A stretch of 43,186 nt of DNA from a virus (lineage: Duplodnaviria; Caudoviricetes): IMG/VR virus record IMGVR_UViG_3300025084_000066, positions 1 through 43,186 of that record, one strand, 5' to 3'. The notes beneath the pieces are model-generated. The model did no database searches. It had not been told where the DNA came from and saw nothing but the letters and a program-made list of their open reading frames with translations. The position numbers and the translations under genes are program-made. This document shows, piece after piece, positions 35,704-43,186 of the stretch (position 1 is the first letter of the stretch; every line of letters starts with the position of its first letter).

Positions 35704-35913
35704 CTCTACTCTGCTCGTGACTCGTCTGTGTATAGCATAAGGACTAATAACAAGCCCTAGGCAAAAGCTAAAAGTTCTAGACAAAATGGAGGTAAACAAC
35801 GGCCCGTGGGCCTTTTACAAGTCGTTTTGGTATTGATAGCTGTACCGTAAAGTATAGGTATTATACAAAACCCCTATGTTTAAAACCTCCTAAAAATAGG
35901 TGATATAAGGGTT

Positions 35914-36156
35914 ATGGCAAAACAGAAACTTAGTAAGAAAGCAAGACTGGCTAAAGCTAAACGAGATTTGGCTACAGCAAAAACTCCTCGTAGAAGAAGA
36001 ATGAAGGCCGAGAACCAAAGACTTAGACGAGCTGCTAAGAAAAAGGGTAGAAACTTAGATGGGCTAGATTATGATCACAATGCAAAAAAATTCATATCTA
36101 GAAAGAAAAATAGAAGTGGACACGGTAAGGGTACAAAAAAATATAACACAAAATAA
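35914..36156 (+). CDS. Very basic small protein with degenerate HNH-like motif
   Basis: GLDYDH..FISRKKNRS; first gene of the rightward arm. Confidence 0.55.
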   Translation: MAKQKLSKKARLAKAKRDLATAKTPRRRRMKAENQRLRRAAKKKGRNLDGLDYDHNAKKFISRKKNRSGHGKGTKKYNTK

Positions 36157-39100
36157 TGGCCAGAATAAGCAGTTACAATAGAGACGAACTATTAAGGGCA
36201 GAGGATCAGTTAGTGATCTCCTCTTACGAGGGCGAAGGTCAATATGGTTCAATATACATAACAAACAATATAACGTTAGACGAGTTATCTAATTACCTTA
36301 ACAACACTTTTACAATCGGAGAGGTTAATTATAATTTAAATAGCATGTCTTCTAGTATTACTACAAATACTAATGCACTAGCTACAGCTAATGTTAGTAT
36401 ATCTACAAATGCTGATAGTATATCTGCTACAGCTACATATGCTGTTAATCTAGCTTCTACTTTTGGAACATTTGATGATGATGGAAACCTCACGACACTA
36501 TCTCAGTCATTTGCTGATTCAATATTAAACACATCGGCATCTACAGATTATGCCTCGGCGTCACAACTTACCAATTTAACAAGTATAGTTACAACAAATA
36601 AAGCTTCTCAAGACTTATTACCATTAATTTTTAGACAAGACGACGCACCTTCTACATCATCTCCTTTAAATTCTTTGTGGTATGACACTAATGATGGCAA
36701 TAAATTATATATATTAAAAGATACAAACGGAACAAATACATGGACATCTACAGTTGATGCTAGTATAGCGGCTAATGCCACTAGTATAAGTGACAATGTT
36801 AGTAGTTTAGCATTAAGACCTAGAGTTTTTAAACAAGATGATGAGCCACCAACAAGTAATATGCCAGCTAATTCGCTTTGGTATGATACAAATGATGAAA
36901 ATAAACTATATATATTTAATGGAACAGCTTGGATTTTAACAGATGATTCAAGAATTGGTGTCGCGGTGACGTCTATAGCCACTGCAAACAATGAAATAAG
37001 CACAAATGCAACAAATATATCATCAGGAGCAACAAAAATAACAGAATTAGAGTCACAATTTACGTTTTCAGGCACAGATATTACTGGAATTGCTGGTGCT
37101 TTATCAACAAGTGTTAGTAGCACAGCTACTTCCGCTGCTGGAGCAGTTGCTAGTGACTTAGATAAACTTGAAACCGTGTTCAGTTTTGATAGTAATGGTG
37201 ATGTTGATGGAATGACACCAGGCGGAGGTCTTGCTACAGCTGTAAATACTAGTGCAAATGCCGCAATTTCAAATGCTGCTCTGGCTTCAGCAGCCTCAGT
37301 AACAACATTAACATCAAATCTTAACTTAAAACCGGATATTTTTAGGCAAGATGACGCTCCAGATGTAACAGAGGCGGTTGGATCCATATGGTTTGACACA
37401 AATGATGATAATAAAGTTTATGTTTTAGTAACAGGAACACCAAATGTGTGGACAGAATCTACAGATGGAAGAATAGCTACAAATATTAGCTCTTTAGCAA
37501 CAGCAAACACAGCTATTACAACTAATTCTACTGCTATTTCTTCTGAAGCATCAAAAGTTACTGAACTTCAGTCTCAATTTACATATACTGGTGACAATAT
37601 AACAGGTGTAAATGGCTCAGAATCACTAAACACAGCTATAGACACAGCAAGAAGTGATGCAGAATCTGCTTCCGCGGCAAAAGTTGATACTTTAGGAGCT
37701 AAATTTTTTACAAATTATAATAATGCAACAGGAGCTGGTACATTAACTGAAGCTTTTGCTAACGATATATTTACAACAACTACTAATACTGATTTCGCAA
37801 CATCAAGTGACGTAACTACATTAACAACAGCTGTAAATAATAAACCTTTAACATTTAGACAAAATGCAGAGCCATCCGCTGATAACCCAACTGGTTCAAT
37901 ATGGTTTGATAGTAATGATGATAATAAGATATATATATTAGTTGCAGGCACTCCAAAAGTTTGGACAGCAACATTTGATGGTAGAATAGCAGCTAACACA
38001 CAATCTATAAGTAATGCGGAAACAGCTATTACAGCAAACTCAACAGCGAATACAGCTAATGCCGCATCAATAACTAGCTTATCATCAACAGTAACTAGTA
38101 ATAAAACAGCACAAGACTCTATACCATTAATATTTAGACAAGATGATGCTCCAGCTATAACAGTACCATTAAACTCATTATGGTACGATACAAATGACGG
38201 TAACAAACTTTACATGTTGAAAGATGTTAGTGGAACAAACACATGGGTTGCTACTCAAGACGGTGGAATAGCTGTAAATACTTCAGCCGCATCAACTAAT
38301 GCAACTGCTATAGCTGATAACACAACAGCCATAGGCTTGAAACCTAAAATTTTTAGGCAAAATTCAGCACCTGCCGTTACAGAGCCAGTTAGTTCAGTTT
38401 GGTATGATGCAAATGATGACAACAAACCATATATACTTGTTTCTGGAACACCTAATGTTTGGACGTTAACAGTAGATCCTAGAACAGGTACCACTGTTCA
38501 GGGTTTATCCGATGCCGTCGATGATATAAGTACTAATGCAACTAATATAAGTGCTACAGCATCAGATGTCACTAAGTTAGAAGCTGTTTTTACTTTTGAT
38601 ACAAACGACGATGTTAGCGGTGTGGCCGGCGCATTAAATACATCTATAAATAACGCGGCATCAAGTGCTGTCCAAGCTACAGCTAATTCTTTAGATAAAT
38701 TAGAAGCAGTGTTTAGTTTCGATTCTAACAATGATGTTGATGATATAACAGGTGCTTTATCAACAGCAGTAACTACACACGCTGGAGATGCAATAACAAA
38801 CGCAAGTCTAGCTTCAGCATCGGATGTAACAGAATTAAAAACACAATTCTCATTTAATGCAAGCAATGAAATAACCGGTGTTGCGGATACTTTAAATACA
38901 GTTATAAACACAGCACAATCAGATGCCGAGTCTGCTAGTGCAACTAAAATAGATAGTTTAGCATCAAACTTTTTCACAGGATACAATAATGCTGATGGAA
39001 CTTTTACTGCTGTTAGTGTTAGTGAAGCTTTTGCTAATGATGTTTTTACAACTACAACTAATTCTGATTTTGCTTCAGCATCTTCGGTTACAACCCTTAG

Positions 39101-40514
39101 CGCACTAGTAGGTGGTGATGATAACTCTGGGCTGAGAGCAGATATTATAGCTAACACGAGTAGTATATCTACTGTAGAAGGTTTTGCAGAATCTAGGTAT
39201 TCATTACAAGCTACAGCTGGAAATGTAGTAACGGGTATGTCTATATTAGCTGCTAATGGAACAACAACAGATGTATCATCAGTAACTTTCCAAACAGATA
39301 AATTTATTATAAAATCTAGCACAACTACAGCAACACCATTTGTATTAGATAATAATCAACTAAAACTAAATGTTCCACTTAATGGTGTTACCGGAAGTTT
39401 CTCTGGTGAACTTAGTGCTGGTTCTGGTAATATAGGTGGTTGGACAATAAATACAGATAAAATAAAATCTTCTTCTGATAGAGTGGAATTAGATCCAGAT
39501 CAAGGTTTAATAATAAATGATTCTAGTGGTACACCTAAATTACAGGTTAGACAAGGTAATTTATCTGCATTAACTGCTTTAGTTACTGCAACATTTAATA
39601 CAATGAATCACTTGCAATTTTCTTGTTGGTCTTCAAATTATACTACAATAGGTAATATAACGGATTCTTTATTTAAAACATCTGGTACATTATATAAACA
39701 AGCTAGTTTTGGTACTGGTGACAGAACTGGTACATATACAGGAAGTATAACAACAAATGCTTTAAATGCTTTTGCATCTACAAGCGCTAATTTTTCTGGT
39801 TTAATATATATAGAATTAAGAGTTCAAATATCTACAAACACATCATTTACAGAAATAATAGCAGACAAGTTTTTAAACAGTGCTTCTGATGGTGGTGCTG
39901 GATCAGATTTAAGTTTTACACAAAGAACTGTTAATTTTACTTTTAACGTAACTGGATCATCTGATAACTTGTATTTAAGATTTTATTGGAAAAGAGTTGG
40001 TTTTTTAAGTTCTGGTTATGTTATTTTTCCTGGTAGCACTTTTGATATAGATAATACAAATGTAGCTTTTGCGAAAACAGCGAATCAAACAGAAATTACA
40101 GACCAAGGAATACAGGTTGCTAGTAGTTCAGCATACTACTTTAAAATAGATAGAACAGACATAACAGGCGATTATGTAGAAGTTAAAGGTGGTTTAGAGG
40201 TTGATGGTCAATCTTGGGATTTTGCAAAAACAGCAAGTACAAGTAGTACGAGTAGTACAACTTATCAAAAACATTCTCAAAAATTACCGTCTGGTACTTT
40301 TATGAAATGGGGCTATCAAACTGGTAGCGTTGAAGATGTTACTGTAACTTTTCCAACAGCTTTTCCAACAAGATGTAATTCTGTTAGTGTTACGTGTAAT
40401 AGAAACAGTAGATCTGGTGATGGTGCAAACTATGCTTACAGTGTAAATAAAAACAACTTTGTTGCTGTAACAGATAGTCCTAATGATTTTTGGTGGATAG
40501 CTTTTGGTGATTAA
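36156..40514 (+). CDS. Long tail fibre protein with internal repeats and C-terminal gp53-like/H-lectin-type tip
   Basis: Six FRQ..P..S.W(Y/F)D.ND.NK.Y..W modules separated by Ala/Thr/Ser coiled coils; C-terminal KLPSGTFMKWG..VTFPTAFP..WIAFG. Confidence 0.8.
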   Translation: MARISSYNRDELLRAEDQLVISSYEGEGQYGSIYITNNITLDELSNYLNNTFTIGEVNYNLNSMSSSITTNTNALATANVSISTNADSISATATYAVNLASTFGTFDDDGNLTTLSQSFADSILNTSASTDYASASQLTNLTSIVTTNKASQDLLPLIFRQDDAPSTSSPLNSLWYDTNDGNKLYILKDTNGTNTWTSTVDASIAANATSISDNVSSLALRPRVFKQDDEPPTSNMPANSLWYDTNDENKLYIFNGTAWILTDDSRIGVAVTSIATANNEISTNATNISSGATKITELESQFTFSGTDITGIAGALSTSVSSTATSAAGAVASDLDKLETVFSFDSNGDVDGMTPGGGLATAVNTSANAAISNAALASAASVTTLTSNLNLKPDIFRQDDAPDVTEAVGSIWFDTNDDNKVYVLVTGTPNVWTESTDGRIATNISSLATANTAITTNSTAISSEASKVTELQSQFTYTGDNITGVNGSESLNTAIDTARSDAESASAAKVDTLGAKFFTNYNNATGAGTLTEAFANDIFTTTTNTDFATSSDVTTLTTAVNNKPLTFRQNAEPSADNPTGSIWFDSNDDNKIYILVAGTPKVWTATFDGRIAANTQSISNAETAITANSTANTANAASITSLSSTVTSNKTAQDSIPLIFRQDDAPAITVPLNSLWYDTNDGNKLYMLKDVSGTNTWVATQDGGIAVNTSAASTNATAIADNTTAIGLKPKIFRQNSAPAVTEPVSSVWYDANDDNKPYILVSGTPNVWTLTVDPRTGTTVQGLSDAVDDISTNATNISATASDVTKLEAVFTFDTNDDVSGVAGALNTSINNAASSAVQATANSLDKLEAVFSFDSNNDVDDITGALSTAVTTHAGDAITNASLASASDVTELKTQFSFNASNEITGVADTLNTVINTAQSDAESASATKIDSLASNFFTGYNNADGTFTAVSVSEAFANDVFTTTTNSDFASASSVTTLSALVGGDDNSGLRADIIANTSSISTVEGFAESRYSLQATAGNVVTGMSILAANGTTTDVSSVTFQTDKFIIKSSTTTATPFVLDNNQLKLNVPLNGVTGSFSGELSAGSGNIGGWTINTDKIKSSSDRVELDPDQGLIINDSSGTPKLQVRQGNLSALTALVTATFNTMNHLQFSCWSSNYTTIGNITDSLFKTSGTLYKQASFGTGDRTGTYTGSITTNALNAFASTSANFSGLIYIELRVQISTNTSFTEIIADKFLNSASDGGAGSDLSFTQRTVNFTFNVTGSSDNLYLRFYWKRVGFLSSGYVIFPGSTFDIDNTNVAFAKTANQTEITDQGIQVASSSAYYFKIDRTDITGDYVEVKGGLEVDGQSWDFAKTASTSSTSSTTYQKHSQKLPSGTFMKWGYQTGSVEDVTVTFPTAFPTRCNSVSVTCNRNSRSGDGANYAYSVNKNNFVAVTDSPNDFWWIAFGD

Positions 40515-40524
40515 AATATAATTT

Positions 40525-40905
40525 ATGAATTATTATGCAACATACGATGAAAACGGTGATTATACAGGTTTTTATACAGAAGAAATACACGGTGAAGACA
40601 TACCTACGCCTAATATTGTATTAACAGAAGAACAATGGCAAAAAGCAAATAGCGTTAGGTGTAGAGTTGTAGATGGTACACATACTGAAATTCCTTTTAC
40701 AGAAACCGAAATAAACAACAAAAAATACGCTATATTGAGATCTGAAAGAAATAATTTATTAAAATCATGTGATTGGACACAATTTTTAGATTCACCATTA
40801 AGTAATGATAAAAAACAAGAATGGTCAACATATAGACAACAGTTAAGGGATCTACCTTCAACTGTAGATATAAACAATATAACATATCCACAAAAACCAA
40901 GTTAA
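40525..40905 (+). CDS. Tail fibre assembly chaperone
   Basis: GFYTEEIHG..IP; LRSERNNLLKSCDWTQ..W..YRQQLRDLP..YPQKP. Confidence 0.85.
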   Translation: MNYYATYDENGDYTGFYTEEIHGEDIPTPNIVLTEEQWQKANSVRCRVVDGTHTEIPFTETEINNKKYAILRSERNNLLKSCDWTQFLDSPLSNDKKQEWSTYRQQLRDLPSTVDINNITYPQKPS

Positions 40906-41603
40906 TGGCAAGAATAAGTAAATACACACAAGACAACGAAATAATAAAAGACGATTCTTTATTAGGAACTGATTTTACGTCAAAAGCTACTAGAAACTTT
41001 TCAATTGAAACAATAAATAATTATTTAGCAAAACAATCTAATATATTAGGTAATATATTTGTTTATAAATATGATCAAAATCAAAGTTACTCTAATTTAG
41101 GTCAAGGATTAATTTCTTTCAATAATAATAGTACTACAAATACACCTTTTTCAGGTGTAACTACAGTTTATTTAAATAAAATAAATGCTGAAAATGGTAA
41201 CATTCAAACATATTTAGAGGAAATAAGATCTAAAGATGGTGTTTTAACTATATATAATTCTAGTGATACATTAAGTTTTGGAGTTTATAGAGTTCAAACG
41301 ATTAATTTTTTAACAAACGATGTAATACAACTAACTGTAGACGCGTTAGCTAGCAATGGTACTTTAACAGGTGGCGATCAAGCTAATATGACTGCAATGT
41401 TTCAAAATTCTGATAAAACAGCTGTTAAACAAATATCAGCTCAAACTGTTTGGAATATAAATCATTCATTAAATAAATATCCAAGTGTAAGTGTTGTAGA
41501 CACTGGTAATAATCTTGTTTATGGTGATGTACAATACACTTCTTTAAGTAATTTAACAATAACATTTAGTGCAGACACTTCAGGTACTGCATATTTAAAC
41601 TAA
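40905..41603 (+). CDS. Virion structural protein
   Basis: MARISKY N-terminus like the fibre's MARISSY; C-terminal WNINHSLNKYPSVSVVD..GTAYLN module. Confidence 0.65.
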   Translation: MARISKYTQDNEIIKDDSLLGTDFTSKATRNFSIETINNYLAKQSNILGNIFVYKYDQNQSYSNLGQGLISFNNNSTTNTPFSGVTTVYLNKINAENGNIQTYLEEIRSKDGVLTIYNSSDTLSFGVYRVQTINFLTNDVIQLTVDALASNGTLTGGDQANMTAMFQNSDKTAVKQISAQTVWNINHSLNKYPSVSVVDTGNNLVYGDVQYTSLSNLTITFSADTSGTAYLN

Positions 41604-41612
41604 AATAAAACT

Positions 41613-42674
41613 ATGGCAAAATATTTAAGTAATATTGATTTAGCAAATAATCAATTACAAAATGCTACACTTCATCCAAATAGTTCTGCTCCTTCAAGCC
41701 CATCAGCTGGTCAAGTATATTTTAATACTGGAACTAGCAAGCTTTTTGTTTCAGATGGTTCAAACTGGATAGATCTAACTGGTGATATAACAGGTATAAC
41801 CGCTGGAACCGGTTTAACTGGTGGTGGAACAAACGGAGCTGTAACACTGAATGTTATAGGTGGAACTGGTATTACAGCAAATGCAAATGACATTGCGATA
41901 ACACCTACGTTAGCAGCAAATGGATCAGGTAGTCCCAGTGGTACAAATGAAGCTGGTTCTTATGGTTCTTCAACAGCAATACCATCTTTTACGGTAAATG
42001 CACAAGGGCAAATTACTGCTATTCAAACCGCATCAATAAGCACAGACTTAACTATAAGTGATGCTGAGGGAACACCTAATACAGATGTAGTATCTGTAGG
42101 AAGTGATACATTAGTTTTTCAAGGAACTGCTAATGAAGTAACAACATTAGTTTCTAATAATAAAGTAACTATAGGTTTACCCGATGATGTTACAATAGGT
42201 AATGACCTTGTAGTAACAGGAGACTTAACGGTATCAGGAACGACAACTACTGTAAATTCAGAAACAATTAATTTAGCTGATAATATAATTACTTTAAATA
42301 GTAATTTTACTGGTTCTACAGCTACTGAAAACGCGGGTATAGAAGTAGAAAGAGGAGATGAAACTAATGTTGCATTAAGATGGAATGAAGCTAATAATAT
42401 ATGGCAAATAACTGAAGATGGTTCAACATATAAGAAAATACAAGTAGTAGAAAACAGTACAAAAGCATTCACTATAGGTGATGGATCTGCAACATCTTTT
42501 GCATTAACACACAGTTTTAATACTAAAGATGTTATTGTACAGATATATGATCTAACAAACAACGAAACTGTTTTTGCAGACGTTACAAGAAATACAGTTA
42601 ATCAAGTTACAATTAGTTTTGCCTCGGCACCAGCATCAACTGACATGAGAGTTCTTGTTAGCAAAATAGGATAA
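41613..42674 (+). CDS. Tail fibre/structural protein
   Basis: GQVYFNT, ITAGTGLTGGG, GDLTVSGTTTTVNS..DNIITLN, AGIEVERG. Confidence 0.7.
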   Translation: MAKYLSNIDLANNQLQNATLHPNSSAPSSPSAGQVYFNTGTSKLFVSDGSNWIDLTGDITGITAGTGLTGGGTNGAVTLNVIGGTGITANANDIAITPTLAANGSGSPSGTNEAGSYGSSTAIPSFTVNAQGQITAIQTASISTDLTISDAEGTPNTDVVSVGSDTLVFQGTANEVTTLVSNNKVTIGLPDDVTIGNDLVVTGDLTVSGTTTTVNSETINLADNIITLNSNFTGSTATENAGIEVERGDETNVALRWNEANNIWQITEDGSTYKKIQVVENSTKAFTIGDGSATSFALTHSFNTKDVIVQIYDLTNNETVFADVTRNTVNQVTISFASAPASTDMRVLVSKIG

Positions 42675-42688
42675 TTTAAATAAAATAC

Positions 42689-43186
42689 ATGGCTAAAAAG
42701 TTTTTAACCGATATAAAAATAGCCGCGGGAGTATATGATTCTAGTGGAGACATAGGAAACAGTGGGCAAGTATTGTCATCAACTGGATCTGGTGTTAATT
42801 GGATAAATACCACTACTTCGGCAAGTATAATTTACCAAGACGGTTTTACTGGTGATGGCAGCACAACTGCTTTCACATTAGCAAATAGTCTAGACAACGA
42901 AAACAAAACACAAGTATATATAGAAGGTGTATACCAACATAAAGATAACTATTCTTTGAATGGGGCTACACTTACTTTTAGTTCTGCACCACCCAACACT
43001 TCTGATATAGAAGTTATATCTTTTGGTAGTGTTACAGCTGCTGATGATATTTTATATGACGATGATTTTACATCTGCTGGTTTAATGACAACAGATGGAT
43101 CAGGTGTGTATAGCATAACGACAAACAACTCTTCAAACTGGAATACAGCTTACACACATTCTCAAGCTGCTCACGCTCCTGCAAAC
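42689..43186 (+). CDS. Tail fibre/structural protein, 3'-truncated (not in ORF track)
   Basis: MAKKFLTDIKIAAGVYDSSGDIGNSGQVLSSTGSGVNW..FTGDGSTTAFTL..VYIEGVYQ; open to the window end. Confidence 0.75.
   Translation, partial: MAKKFLTDIKIAAGVYDSSGDIGNSGQVLSSTGSGVNWINTTTSASIIYQDGFTGDGSTTAFTLANSLDNENKTQVYIEGVYQHKDNYSLNGATLTFSSAPPNTSDIEVISFGSVTAADDILYDDDFTSAGLMTTDGSGVYSITTNNSSNWNTAYTHSQAAHAPAN

Noticed and set aside
35279-35737. CRISPR-like mini-array
   Set aside because: Repeats are 15 bp with 10-bp gaps, only in pairs, tied to promoters; no cas genes.
36608-39322. Long antisense ORFs (263, 163, 79 and 274 aa)
   Set aside because: Antisense to the Ala/Thr/Ser-rich fibre gene; explained by its codon bias.
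36156-40514. Diversity-generating retroelement target
   Set aside because: No reverse transcriptase and no TR/VR pair differing at adenines seen in the window.

Overview
AT-rich fragment of a lytic dsDNA phage with podovirus-like ejection genes, probably infecting an aquatic Bacteroidota/Flavobacteria host (inferred from A-rich, SD-less start contexts and T9SS/cohesin-type genes). It has three blocks. (1) 1-18.5 kb, + strand: tail/ejection genes including a 2144-aa polyprotein, then a lysis region whose putative holin and M15 endolysin flank a six-gene envelope cassette (two CsgG-fold paralogues, a cohesin/dockerin protein, a T9SS-CTD-like lipoprotein, a small membrane protein and a beta-barrel with an acidic linker). 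(2) 18.5-35.7 kb, - strand: an apparently complete early/middle arm with NrdAB, a resolvase, a GIY-YIG/MazG fusion, a dCMP-type thymidylate-synthase homologue, primase-helicase, SSB, exonuclease, a sigma70-family factor, an HTH protein, tRNA-fMet and many small ORFs, but no recognisable DNA or RNA polymerase. (3) 35.9-43.2 kb, + strand: tail fibre genes. The strongest leads are: nine copies of a non-host promoter CAGACA-N17-TATAAT; a sigma-like module flanked by QFSQ motifs beside a zincin motif inside the ejection polyprotein (hypothesis: virion-delivered, proteolytically released sigma factor); the envelope cassette; a possible modified-cytosine pathway; a structured ncRNA candidate beside the tRNA; and two further repeated DNA motifs. 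All protein calls come from motif recognition by eye; no searches were run.
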